Source: a virus (lineage: Duplodnaviria > Caudoviricetes). From it: a stretch of DNA of 27,821 bases. The stretch spans positions 1 to 27,821 of IMG/VR virus record IMGVR_UViG_3300003481_000047. One strand, 5' to 3'. The position numbers and the translations under genes are program-made. This document shows, one piece after another, positions 14,505-23,205 of this stretch (position 1 is the first letter of the stretch; each line of letters starts with the position of its first letter). Below the pieces are notes generated by a model. The model was not told where the DNA came from. It made no database searches and saw only the letters and a list, made by a program, of their open reading frames with translations.

Positions 14505-14534
14505 GTGACAGCCGCGCGATTTTGGCCCTACATT
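14505..14534 (+). promoter_or_regulatory. Candidate late promoter pR' (GTGACA-18-TACATT)
   Basis: Lies just after the Q stop and just before a terminator, as in lambdoid phages. Confidence 0.45.
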
Positions 14535-14552
14535 CCTACCATCACGCGACGA

Positions 14553-14583
14553 AAGCCCGGCACAAGCCGGGCTTCTTCTTTTC
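14553..14583 (+). terminator. Intrinsic terminator (tR'-like)
   Basis: AAGCCCGGC-ACAA-GCCGGGCTT followed by CTTCTTTTC. Confidence 0.8.
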
Positions 14584-14586
14584 AAC

Positions 14587-14717
14587 CCGATCACCACCGC
14601 GCCGAAAACCCCTCCGCTCGCCGTGAGGCGATTGGGGCTGGCGTCGTGCTGCTACCTAAGCGGCAGTGCACCGGCTACCGCCATGGCCGGAACCGCCTAG
14701 CCAGCGGTGGTGATCGG
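14587..14717 (+). ncRNA. Candidate structured RNA: multi-branch fold closed by a perfect 14-bp helix
   Basis: CCGATCACCACCGC (14587-14600) pairs with GCGGTGGTGATCGG (14704-14717) and encloses three hairpins. Confidence 0.4.
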
Positions 14718-14787
14718 ACCTTCTACGCCCGTCGACCCACACCGGACCCATTAGCAGAGCCTGCCGGCTGCGGTGCCGGGCACCTTT

Positions 14788-14827
14788 TAAACAAAAGTGT
14801 TTACCGTTACACAAAAGTGTGTAAAAT
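14788..14827 (+). promoter_or_regulatory. hicAB promoter with two palindromic operators
   Basis: TAAACAAAAGTGTTTA (14788-14803) and TACACAAAAGTGTGTA (14808-14823). -10 TAAAAT at 14822-14827. Confidence 0.7.
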
Positions 14828-14856
14828 GGCCTCCATCGAAACAACAACGGAGGCGG

Positions 14857-15042
14857 ATGAAAACAAGCGAGTTCAGGCGGTGGTTGCAGTCCCAAGGCGT
14901 GGTGATGAAGGAAGGAGCCAATCACACCAAGCTGTACTACCAAGGGAAGCAATCGACACTGCCCCGACACGCTGCGGAGATGAGGGAAGGCACACGGAAG
15001 GCCATCATCAAGCAGCTAGGATTGGAGGAACCGCCCCGGTAA
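14857..15042 (+). CDS. hicA: HicA-family mRNA interferase toxin, 61 aa
   Basis: MKTSEFRRWLQSQG...GANHTKL...STLPRH..EMREGT.KAIIKQLGL. GGAGG SD. Confidence 0.92.
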   Translation: MKTSEFRRWLQSQGVVMKEGANHTKLYYQGKQSTLPRHAAEMREGTRKAIIKQLGLEEPPR

Positions 15043-15083
15043 GGGGCGGCGCCTTCGGCTCGCAAGTGACCATCTGATTACAC

Positions 15084-15506
15084 ATGCTGTATCCAGCAAA
15101 ACTGGCGCCGGAGGACGGCGGCTACGTGGTGACGTTCCGGGACATCCCGGAGGCGATCACGCAGGGCGACACGAGGGAGGAAGCCATTGCGATGGCGGCC
15201 GATGCCCTCGCAACGGCTATGGAGTTCTACTTCGAGGACCGCCGGCAGGTTCCGCCGCCGTCGGAGCTTCGCCGGGGTGAGGTGGGTATCTCTCTGCCGG
15301 CTGGCTTCACCGCGAAGGCGTTGCTGCTCAACGAGATGCTGGCCCAAGGCGTGACGCCTTCGGAGCTGGCCCGCAGGATGGGAACGTCGCCGCAGGTGGT
15401 GAACCGGATTGTGGATCTCGGGCATGCGACGAAGATCGACACCATCGCCGACGCGCTGCGCGCGCTGGGCGCCCGGCTGGACCTGACTGTTAGCCGCGCG
15501 GCATAG
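15084..15506 (+). CDS. hicB: HicB-family antitoxin with a C-terminal HTH, 140 aa
   Basis: YPAKL..EDGGYVVTFRDIPEAITQGDTREEAIAMAADAL, plus C-terminal SELARRMG. Confidence 0.93.
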   Translation: MLYPAKLAPEDGGYVVTFRDIPEAITQGDTREEAIAMAADALATAMEFYFEDRRQVPPPSELRRGEVGISLPAGFTAKALLLNEMLAQGVTPSELARRMGTSPQVVNRIVDLGHATKIDTIADALRALGARLDLTVSRAA

Positions 15507-15539
15507 CACCGCCCAGGGGAAGCCCTGGTGAATCACAAC

Positions 15540-15573
15540 AAGGCCCTGCCGGCGACGGTGGGGCCTTTTTCAT
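15540..15573 (+). terminator. Intrinsic terminator after hicB
   Basis: AAGGCCCTGCCG-GCGA-CGGTGGGGCCTT followed by a T-tract. Confidence 0.8.
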
Positions 15574-15675
15574 TTCCGCCTGCTGCGCCGTACCGACCGG
15601 GCCTCTCCGTCCCGGTGGCGCCGCGGGCGTTTCATCCGTTGCCGGGAGACCGGAATGCACACGAGACCGCAAACC

Positions 15676-15876
15676 ATGCGCGAGGAAATCATCGGAACCA
15701 CCGGCAGCGCCGTACTCAAGACCGCGCCGATGGTGGCCGTGGCTGGCGCCAGCGTGGCCGGCTGGGGCGTGCAGGAGTGGATGTATGCCGGGACGCTCGG
15801 CTACATCGTGCTGCAGGGCATGTACCTGGTGTGGAAGTGGTACCGGGAGTGGAGGAAGGACCGCGATGGCCGGTGA
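15676..15876 (+). CDS. Holin/pinholin (an upstream in-frame ATG at 15655 is also possible)
   Basis: Small protein with two hydrophobic segments and a basic C-terminus, overlapping the endolysin start. Confidence 0.7.
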   Translation: MREEIIGTTGSAVLKTAPMVAVAGASVAGWGVQEWMYAGTLGYIVLQGMYLVWKWYREWRKDRDGR

Positions 15877-16441
15877 ACCGAAAAGCCCGGTCCGGGTTGC
15901 GGTCGCCGGCCTGATGTTGAGCGCGGCCGGCTTCATGGGCTGGCAGGTGAAAGAGAGCTTCGCGCCCAAGCCGCACATCCCGACCAAGGGCGACGTGCCG
16001 ACCATCGGGTTCGGCTCGACGCGCTACGAGGACGGCCGGCCGGTACGGCTGACGGACCCGCCGATCACCCGCAGGCGCGCCGAGGAGCTGGCGTGGAACC
16101 TCCACAGTGAGGAGGCCGAGCGGTTCAGGGCTTCGCTGCCGGGCGTGCGGATGACGCAGGGCGAGTTCGACCTGTACCTGGACTTCACCGGGCAATACGG
16201 GATCGGCAACTGGCGTGGGTCCGGCATGCGGCGAAACTTGCTCGCAACGGTCACCGCACCGACCCCCGATGCCCAGCGTGCCCACTACCGGGCCGCCTGC
16301 GATGCGCTGCTGCGGTTCAAGTACGCCGCCGGCTACGACTGCTCGACGCTGGTGGATGGCAAGCCGAACAAACGGTGCTGGGGCTCGTGGGAGCGCCAGC
16401 AGGAGCGCCATGCCAAGTGCGTGGCCGAACAAAGCCCTTGA
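15866..16441 (+). CDS. GH24 lysozyme, probable SAR endolysin, 191 aa
   Basis: N-terminal weakly hydrophobic VRVAVAGLMLSAAGFMGW, followed by the E...GDVPTIGFGST catalytic region. Confidence 0.88.
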   Translation: MAGEPKSPVRVAVAGLMLSAAGFMGWQVKESFAPKPHIPTKGDVPTIGFGSTRYEDGRPVRLTDPPITRRRAEELAWNLHSEEAERFRASLPGVRMTQGEFDLYLDFTGQYGIGNWRGSGMRRNLLATVTAPTPDAQRAHYRAACDALLRFKYAAGYDCSTLVDGKPNKRCWGSWERQQERHAKCVAEQSP

Positions 16442-16457
16442 GGGCATGGAGGTTTAG

Positions 16458-16748
16458 GTGAATCCCGAGGTTCGATCCGAGCGGAAAAACGTGACGGTCC
16501 ACAAGGCGGTCTTTCATGAAAAAGACCTGCATGACCTGGTGGCCCGCGCTGTTGGGTGCGGCGTTGGCGTTCCGTGGCGCGCGCCGTGGGTCCATGTCCA
16601 CATCTATTCCTCCACCCATCAGGAGGGAAGCTTGGGCACTTCCAAGCCCTGCGTGCATATCGAGTTGACCGTCGATCATGACAAGGAGCCGGATGCCGCG
16701 CGGAAACCGGAGAAGATCAAGGAGCAGGGACATGAGCATCAGCCTTGA
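16458..16748 (+). CDS. Hypothetical protein inserted between endolysin and Rz, 96 aa
   Basis: GTG start with a GGAGG SD. Confidence 0.55.
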   Translation: MNPEVRSERKNVTVHKAVFHEKDLHDLVARAVGCGVGVPWRAPWVHVHIYSSTHQEGSLGTSKPCVHIELTVDHDKEPDAARKPEKIKEQGHEHQP

Positions 16749-17322
16749 TCTGCTGCGCCCCTATGCAGACCTGATCCGCTGGGCGGTCGGCTTGCTGCTG
16801 GCCCTGCTGGTGCTGGCATTCGGCTACCGCTGGGGCGGCTCGCATTGGCGCGGCGAGTACCAGGCCGAAGTCCAGGCCCGCGCCACCGAGAACGCGCAGC
16901 ACGCCGCCACCCTGCAGCAGCTGGCCGAGGCCACCGCCGCGGTGGCCGCAAAGGCGCGCGCTGCATCCGAGAAGCTGGCCCAGAGCCGGCGCGAGAACGA
17001 CACCCGCTACCAGAAGGCCATCAACGATGCGAACCGTGCCGAACGTGATCTTGCCGCTGCTCTGCGCCGCGGTTCTGTGCAGCTGCGGCCGGAGTGGTCC
17101 TGTGGTGCGGCCGGAGCCGGCACCGGTGGAGCTGCGGTCTTTGCCGCAGGACAAGATGCTGCCGCCGACCTTCGGTGGGCAGGCGCGACGCATCTTGTTG
17201 CAGGAGGCGACCGGGCAGACGCATGGATCGGGTGGCTCCAACGGGAGCTGATCGACACCCGGCGCGCGGTAGTGGCTGCCGGCTGCGCCGTCGAGATCGG
17301 GCCGACGCAGCCGCAGGGATAG
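16732..17322 (+). CDS. Rz: i-spanin (Rz)
   Basis: N-terminal transmembrane segment WAVGLLLALLVLAFGY followed by an Ala-rich coiled coil. Contains a nested lipoprotein gene. Confidence 0.85.
   Translation: MSISLDLLRPYADLIRWAVGLLLALLVLAFGYRWGGSHWRGEYQAEVQARATENAQHAATLQQLAEATAAVAAKARAASEKLAQSRRENDTRYQKAINDANRAERDLAAALRRGSVQLRPEWSCGAAGAGTGGAAVFAAGQDAAADLRWAGATHLVAGGDRADAWIGWLQRELIDTRRAVVAAGCAVEIGPTQPQG
17027..17251 (+). CDS. Rz1: o-spanin lipoprotein (Rz1), embedded in the +1 frame of Rz
   Basis: Lipobox VLCS-C and a Pro-rich mature part. Confidence 0.8.
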   Translation: MRTVPNVILPLLCAAVLCSCGRSGPVVRPEPAPVELRSLPQDKMLPPTFGGQARRILLQEATGQTHGSGGSNGS

Positions 17323-17327
17323 AGGCG

Positions 17328-17708
17328 CTACTCCTTCTTGAGGTAGTCCTTGAGCTGATAGATGTAATAGGACAGGTCGGTCGAGGAGTTGTAGATGCCG
17401 GAGATCCATTTGCTGGGCGGGGCATCCACTCGCATATGGAAGTTGGCAGAGGCCGACCTGACCGCCGGCCCGAAGAAGGCGCTCTCCAGGTGAGTTAGCG
17501 GCCTGCGGCGCCCGTCCACTGTCTCGTTCTTGGCGAGCGCCTTGAGCTCGGCCTTCACTGCAGTAAGCCGTTCTCGGAGTTCCGGCATGTCGTCCCGGTT
17601 GAGGGTGCGCCATCCGTCCGATATCCGCATTAAGTCCTCAAGTTCATTGTGCAAGCGGCTCAACGTCGAGAGCACCAGCTCGGCATCCTGGAGATTTCGT
17701 GTGTCCAT
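17328..17708 (-). CDS. Antisense moron of unknown function, 126 aa
   Basis: Clean ORF on the opposite strand, AT-richer than its flanks by eye, convergent with Rz. Confidence 0.7.
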   Translation of the reverse strand: MDTRNLQDAELVLSTLSRLHNELEDLMRISDGWRTLNRDDMPELRERLTAVKAELKALAKNETVDGRRRPLTHLESAFFGPAVRSASANFHMRVDAPPSKWISGIYNSSTDLSYYIYQLKDYLKKE

Positions 17709-17739
17709 TCATTACTGTCCAGATAAGGGTGAGACCACG

Positions 17740-17910
17740 GTGTCCATTTCCACCAAGGGCGTTCCCCAAGCAGACCTGCACGTCTGGTTGGCGGCGGCGA
17801 CCCTTCGCACGGTGGAGTCTATCGCCAGGGCGGACAGCCGGTCGGCGCGGCGGAAGCTGGTGGCCGTACTGGCAGGCCAGGTGCGGACCTTGCGGAAGGC
17901 TTGCGGATGA
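17740..17910 (+). CDS. Possible small hypothetical protein, 56 aa
   Basis: GTG start, and an ATGA overlap with the next gene. Confidence 0.35.
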   Translation: MSISTKGVPQADLHVWLAAATLRTVESIARADSRSARRKLVAVLAGQVRTLRKACG

Positions 17911-18263
17911 AGCGCAAGGCCGGAGGCGGACACCTGGCGCTCGGCCGGCTCAAGGCCGGGAAGATGAACCAGACCGAGAAGGCGTATGCCGAACACCTGA
18001 GCGCGCTGCAGCACGCAGGCGAGATCCTCTGGTTCCGGTTCGAGGGCATCAAGCTGCGGCTCGCCGACAACACGTTTTATACCCCGGACTTCGCAGTCCT
18101 GGCGGCTGACGGCGTGATGGAGATGCGCGAGGTAAAGGGGTTCTGGCAGGACGATGCCAGGGCGAAGATCAAGATCGCGGCCGATCAGTACCCGTTCCGG
18201 TTCATCGCGGTGCGCGTGCGCCCGAAGAAGGACGGCGGCGGCTGGGCCGTGGAGGAGTTCTGA
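17907..18263 (+). CDS. PD-(D/E)xK endonuclease (DUF1064-like)
   Basis: YTPDFAV...MREVKGFW...AKIK.AA. Confidence 0.8.
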   Translation: MKRKAGGGHLALGRLKAGKMNQTEKAYAEHLSALQHAGEILWFRFEGIKLRLADNTFYTPDFAVLAADGVMEMREVKGFWQDDARAKIKIAADQYPFRFIAVRVRPKKDGGGWAVEEF

Positions 18264-18439
18264 TGTCCGAGACGGTCACAGCATCCATCGGCTGGCGCTG
18301 GTGGGTGCGCTGGTATCTGCGCGCGGTGGTGTGGTTCGCCCGGGTGACGGGCATGGAGCCGGACTGGCAGCGGGTGGAGTGGTGGATACGGCGCGGCCTG
18401 TTCGTGCGAACTGAGCCGCGCGGGCGCGGAAGGTTGTGA
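18263..18439 (+). CDS. Small Trp/Arg-rich protein, 58 aa (absent from the ORF track)
   Basis: MSETVTASIGWRWWVRWYLRAVVWFARVTGMEPDWQRVEWWIRRGLFVRTEPRGRGRL. TGATG coupling at both ends. Confidence 0.65.
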   Translation: MSETVTASIGWRWWVRWYLRAVVWFARVTGMEPDWQRVEWWIRRGLFVRTEPRGRGRL

Positions 18440-18828
18440 TGAGCGGACGGCCGATGCGCCAGCGAGGCGGCACCGCGTTCGCCCACCTTTACAAGACGGC
18501 CCGCTGGCAGCGAATTCGCAAGGCGCAGCTTGCACGGGAGCCCCTGTGCAGCAGATGTGCCGCTAGAGGCGCGGTCACTGCGGCGACGGTTTGCAACCAC
18601 ACGAACGGGCACCCCGCTGGCGAGACCGAGGAGCAGTTCTGGGGCGGCCCGTTCGACAGCCAGTGCGTGACCTGCCACAGCGGCGAGACCGCCCGGATCG
18701 AGCGTGGTGCCACGATGGTGAAGGGGTGCGATGAGGACGGATGGCCGCTGCCAGCACCGACCGCGGAGCCCTCTCGGATCGAACCATACCCCGGGGGTAT
18801 CAAAAGTACGGTTAGGTTCCGGCCCTAG
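18439..18828 (+). CDS. HNH endonuclease, HK97 gp74-like packaging cofactor
   Basis: Y.TARW..IR..QL.REPLCSRC...ATVCNH...CVTCH, plus GCDEDGWP. Directly upstream of terS. Confidence 0.85.
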   Translation: MSGRPMRQRGGTAFAHLYKTARWQRIRKAQLAREPLCSRCAARGAVTAATVCNHTNGHPAGETEEQFWGGPFDSQCVTCHSGETARIERGATMVKGCDEDGWPLPAPTAEPSRIEPYPGGIKSTVRFRP

Positions 18829-18893
18829 ACCGACTGTCCCCCTTTCTTCACGCATCCACAGTTGGAAAGACGACCCCAGCAGAGGGGCGATTC

Positions 18894-19271
18894 ATGGCGA
18901 ATCCAAGGACTCCCGCGGCGAAGGCGAAGGTCTCCGGCGCGGCGGCAAAGAACCCGAAACGACACAAGGACCGCAAGACGCCGAAGAAGGCGCGGCCCAT
19001 CGGCCCCCCGTACAAGGGGATGACGAAGGCGCAGATCGCGGTGTGGCGCGAGCAGGTAGAGAACATGCCCTGGCTGCACGCAGGCCACCGCCTGCTGCTG
19101 CGCCAGGTCTGCATCTTGGGTGCTCGCATGGAAACCGATCCCGAAATGGGGGTATCGGCAATGCAGGCGCTGGGCTCGCTTCTGTCGAAGCTGGGCGCCA
19201 CGCCGGTGGACGAGACGAAAGTGAATCATGGCGAAGGCGAGGACGACGACCCGGACGAAAAGTTCTTCTGA
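18894..19271 (+). CDS. terS: Terminase small subunit
   Basis: Position before terL. MANPRTP...LSKLGATP.D.TKV (P27-type ending). Confidence 0.8.
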   Translation: MANPRTPAAKAKVSGAAAKNPKRHKDRKTPKKARPIGPPYKGMTKAQIAVWREQVENMPWLHAGHRLLLRQVCILGARMETDPEMGVSAMQALGSLLSKLGATPVDETKVNHGEGEDDDPDEKFF

Positions 19272-21108
19272 CCGGGCCACGGCCTACGCGGAGGATGTCG
19301 TTGCCGGCCGGATCATCGCCGGCCCGCACGTCCGGAACGCATGCCGGCGGCACCTGAAAGACCTGCAGGACGGGCACGAGCGCGGGCTGTACTTCGACCG
19401 TGCCGCGGCGGATCGGGTCTATGGGTATTTCGAGACGATCCTGCGTCTGTCCGAAGGGCAGTTCGAGGGGAAGGCGTTTCAGCTGCACCCGTCGCAGGCG
19501 TTCATCCTGGGCTCGTTGTTCGGGTGGAAGAAGGCCGACGGCTTCCGACGTTTCCGGCGCGCCTACATCGAAATGGGCAAAGGCAACGGCAAATCACCGA
19601 TGGCCGGCGGCATCGGCCTGTATGGCATGACCTCGGACGGCGAGGCCGGCGCGCAGATCTACGCCGCGGCGGCAAAGAAGGAGCAGGCCGGCATCCTTTT
19701 CGCGGACGCAGTGAAGATGGTGAAGGCGTCGAAGGCCCTGGAGAAGCGACTGGAGTTCTCCGGCGGCGCGGGCAAGGAATACAACATCGCGCACCACAAG
19801 AGCGGCAGCTTCTTCCGCCCGGTTTCGCGCGATACGGGCAAGACCGGCTCCGGTCCGCGTCCCTATTTCGTGTTGGCCGACGAGGTGCACGAGCTTCCGG
19901 ACCGCAAGTCCATCGAGATGCTGGAGCGCGGCTTCAAGTTTCGCCGTCAACCGCTGCTGTTCATGATTACCAATTCCGGCAGTGACCGGAATTCGGTGTG
20001 CTGGGAAGAGCATGAGCACGCGGTGAAGGTGGCCGCCGGCCACACCGAGGCGGTCAACGATCCGACCTTCGTCGGCGAGCCGCTGGACGACCGCACTTTC
20101 AGCTACGTCTGCGCGCTCGATGAGGGCGACGACCCGCTGGAAGATCCATCTTGCTGGGCCAAGGCGAACCCGTTGCTCGGGATCACCATCACTGAGGAGA
20201 CGCTGGGGGACATTGTTCACCAGGCCAAAGCGATCCCCGGCCAGTTGAATGGCGTGCTGCGCCTGCACTTCTGTGTCTGGACCGACGCTGAAACTGCATG
20301 GATGACCCGCGCGACGCTGGAGCCGGCCCTGGCCGACTTCGACATTACTGAGCACCACGGAAAGCAGGTCTTCGGCGGGCTGGACCTCTCGCAAGTACGC
20401 GACCTGACCGCCGCGGCGTTCGTCGTGCAGACCGGCAGCGTGCCGGTAACCGTCGTGGTGGAGGGCAAGGAGCGCGTAGTCGAGAAGCCGACGTTTGATG
20501 CCTGGATTGAGGCATGGACGCCAGGCGACACGGTGGATGCGCGGGAGTTGAAGGACAAGCTGCCCTACCGGACGTGGATCGAGGCCGGGCACCTGCATGC
20601 GCCGAAGGGTAAGACGATCAGCTTCCGGCATGTGGCGCAGACGCTGGCCGACTACGACCAGGACTACGCCATCCAACTGGTGGCCTATGACCGGTACGTA
20701 TTCCGTCGGTTCGAGGATGACGCCAAGCAGATTGGGCTTTCCCTGACCTTCGCCGAGCACCCGCAGGGTGGCACCAAGAAGGGCAAGCCGCTAGAGGCGG
20801 CCGTTCAAGCTGCCAAGGCCGCGCGGCAGCCGCCGCCGGAGGGCATGTGGATGCCCGGCTCGCTCAACTTGCTGGAGGAGGCGCTGTTGGAGGGCCGCAT
20901 CCGGCTCAAGAGGAACCCGGTCCTTGTGTCCGCGCTGATGTCGGCGGTGATCGAGACCGACAAGTGGGATAACCGCTGGCTCTCCAAGGAACGATCCATC
21001 AACAAGATCGACCCGGCCGTGGCTCTGTGCATGGCTATCGGCGCGGCACACGCGAGCTTCACCCCGGCCACTTCCGTGTACGAGACGCGCGGAATCCGAT
21101 TTCTATAA
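19228..21108 (+). CDS. terL: Terminase large subunit
   Basis: Walker A GKGNGKS, Walker B VLADEVH, ITNSG, GGLDLS and KIDPAVA. Confidence 0.95.
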   Translation: MAKARTTTRTKSSSDRATAYAEDVVAGRIIAGPHVRNACRRHLKDLQDGHERGLYFDRAAADRVYGYFETILRLSEGQFEGKAFQLHPSQAFILGSLFGWKKADGFRRFRRAYIEMGKGNGKSPMAGGIGLYGMTSDGEAGAQIYAAAAKKEQAGILFADAVKMVKASKALEKRLEFSGGAGKEYNIAHHKSGSFFRPVSRDTGKTGSGPRPYFVLADEVHELPDRKSIEMLERGFKFRRQPLLFMITNSGSDRNSVCWEEHEHAVKVAAGHTEAVNDPTFVGEPLDDRTFSYVCALDEGDDPLEDPSCWAKANPLLGITITEETLGDIVHQAKAIPGQLNGVLRLHFCVWTDAETAWMTRATLEPALADFDITEHHGKQVFGGLDLSQVRDLTAAAFVVQTGSVPVTVVVEGKERVVEKPTFDAWIEAWTPGDTVDARELKDKLPYRTWIEAGHLHAPKGKTISFRHVAQTLADYDQDYAIQLVAYDRYVFRRFEDDAKQIGLSLTFAEHPQGGTKKGKPLEAAVQAAKAARQPPPEGMWMPGSLNLLEEALLEGRIRLKRNPVLVSALMSAVIETDKWDNRWLSKERSINKIDPAVALCMAIGAAHASFTPATSVYETRGIRFL

Positions 21109-21116
21109 GGAAACCC

Positions 21117-22376
21117 ATGTCCAGGTTCAACAAGGACTCCCTCGGCGCGCTGGAGCGAATCTGGAGCGGCGAAGGGGAGAGCAAGCCCGTGCTCGCCGAG
21201 TCTCGCCAGTTCACCGGCATGGACGATCCGGCGTTGCTGGAGTTCATCCGCGCCGGGCAGGCCGGCGCACACGACAGCTTCCAGCTGCGCAACATGGCCG
21301 TCCTGCGCTGCGTGTCTCTGATCTGCGGCACGGTCGGCATGCTGCCCATCAACCTGATCGAAGCGGGCCCGAAGAAGCGGGTCGCGTCGGAGCATCCGGT
21401 CCACCGGCTGTTGAAGCGGAAGCCGAACCCGTGGCAGACGCCGTTGGAGTTCAAGCGGCAGATGGAGTTGGCGAAGCAGCGACACGGGAACGCCTACGCG
21501 CGCGCGGTGTGGTCGGCCGGACGGCCCATCCATCTGATCCCGCTGGACAGTACTGCGGTGCGTTCGGAGCTGGGCGACGACTGGAAGATGGTCTATCGCT
21601 ACAACTCGAAGAAGCGCGGCGAGGTGGTCCTGAAACAGGAGGAGGTATTCCACCTGCGTGACCTGTCCATCGACGGCGTGGTGGGGCTGTCCCGCATGAA
21701 GCTGGCCGACCGGGCGATTCGCCTGGCGCTGGACGCGGAGAAGGCGGCGAGCCGAATCTTCGAGACCGGCAACATGGCCGGCGGCGCCATTGAGGTGGCC
21801 GGCACGTTGAGCGAGACGGCCTATAACCGCATGCGCCAGTCGCTCGACACCGAGTACGCCGGAGCGGCCGCCGCGCAGCGGTGGATGCTGCTGGAAGAGA
21901 ACGCCAAGGCCAACAAGTTCGGCAGCACCGCCCAGGAGGCCCAGCACGTCGAGAACCGGAACGCCCAGGTGGGCGAGGTGGCGCGCCTGTTCGGCGTACC
22001 GCGGCCGCTGTTGTTCATGGACGACACGAGTTGGGGCAGTGGCATCGAGCAGCTGGGCATCTTCTTCCTGCAGTACACGATGCTCGAGCACTTCACGAAT
22101 TGGGAGCAGGCCATCGAGCGCACGCTCCTGCAGGAGCACGAGCTGGAGCAGTACCAGCCGAAGTTCAACGTTCGGGCGCTGATGCGAGGCACGTTGACGG
22201 ACCAGGCCGATTTCTTCGCCAAGGCGCTCGGCGCCGGTGGCACTGCGCCGTGGCACACCCAGAACGAGGTCCGAGACCTGCTGGACTACCCCGAATCCGA
22301 GCAGCCCGGCACCAACGAGCTGCGCAACCCGATGACCCAGAAAGGAAAACCCGATGAGCCTCCGGAATCTGCCTGA
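21117..22376 (+). CDS. HK97-family portal protein
   Basis: AVLRCVSLI...LP, PNPWQT, GNAYA, EVFHLR and VARLFGVP. AAGGA SD before ATG 21117. Confidence 0.93.
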   Translation: MSRFNKDSLGALERIWSGEGESKPVLAESRQFTGMDDPALLEFIRAGQAGAHDSFQLRNMAVLRCVSLICGTVGMLPINLIEAGPKKRVASEHPVHRLLKRKPNPWQTPLEFKRQMELAKQRHGNAYARAVWSAGRPIHLIPLDSTAVRSELGDDWKMVYRYNSKKRGEVVLKQEEVFHLRDLSIDGVVGLSRMKLADRAIRLALDAEKAASRIFETGNMAGGAIEVAGTLSETAYNRMRQSLDTEYAGAAAAQRWMLLEENAKANKFGSTAQEAQHVENRNAQVGEVARLFGVPRPLLFMDDTSWGSGIEQLGIFFLQYTMLEHFTNWEQAIERTLLQEHELEQYQPKFNVRALMRGTLTDQADFFAKALGAGGTAPWHTQNEVRDLLDYPESEQPGTNELRNPMTQKGKPDEPPESA

Positions 22377-23193
22377 AATCCGCGCCGATGCCGGTCTGGC
22401 CGGCATGCAGTTCGACGTGCGCGAGGACGCCATCGACGCATGGCAGCCTGAATTGCAGGCTGCAGCGCCCGACCCTGCGACCTCGATCTCCATCTACGGC
22501 CGAATCGGCCAGGGGATCGATGGACAGGGCATCACCTCCCGCTCCATCGCCGCGGCGCTGCGCTCCATCGGCCCGCGCGCGGTGACGGTCAACATCAACT
22601 CGCCCGGCGGTGACTACTTCGAGGGGCTGGGCATCTACAACCTGCTGCGCCAGCACGCGGGTGAGGTGACCGTCCATGTCCTGAGCATGGCCGCCTCCGC
22701 TGCGTCGGTGATCGCGATGGCCGGGGACCGCATCCTGATGGCGGACCACTCCCGGATCATGATCCACAACGCCTGGGGGGTGGCCGTGGGCAACCGGCAC
22801 GACATGGCGAAAGCCGTGGCGATGCTGGAGCCGCTGGACCAGGACATGGCCTCCGTCTACGCCAGCCGCTCCGGGATGGACGCGGGGAAGGTGGCGGCCC
22901 TGATGGACGCCGAGACGTTCATGTCGGTGGATGACGCGATCAACAGGGGGTTCGCGGACGCGCGCCTGGCGCCGGCGAAGGTGAGCCGCGACAAAGCCAG
23001 GGCGCCGGCGAAGGCGCTGGCGATGGTCGAGGCCAGCCTGACGAAGGCCGGCTACTCGCGCGCCGACCGCCGCGACCTCCTGAAAGACCTGTTTTCCGGC
23101 AAGCCGCGCGCTGCCGAACCTGCCACGCCGTGCGCTGGCGACACCCAGACGGCGGCCCTGTTGCAGGGGCTGCTCAACACCCTCAAAGCCTAA
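22354..23193 (+). CDS. ClpP/S14-type head maturation protease
   Basis: VNINSPGGD, AASAASVIAMAG, IMIHNAW and ETFM. Confidence 0.93.
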   Translation: MSLRNLPEIRADAGLAGMQFDVREDAIDAWQPELQAAAPDPATSISIYGRIGQGIDGQGITSRSIAAALRSIGPRAVTVNINSPGGDYFEGLGIYNLLRQHAGEVTVHVLSMAASAASVIAMAGDRILMADHSRIMIHNAWGVAVGNRHDMAKAVAMLEPLDQDMASVYASRSGMDAGKVAALMDAETFMSVDDAINRGFADARLAPAKVSRDKARAPAKALAMVEASLTKAGYSRADRRDLLKDLFSGKPRAAEPATPCAGDTQTAALLQGLLNTLKA

Positions 23194-23205
23194 GCGAGGC
23201 AATCA

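Noticed and set aside
18790-18893. cos site between HNH and terS
   Set aside because: The position is plausible for HK97-like phages, but the cohesive end cannot be identified from sequence alone.
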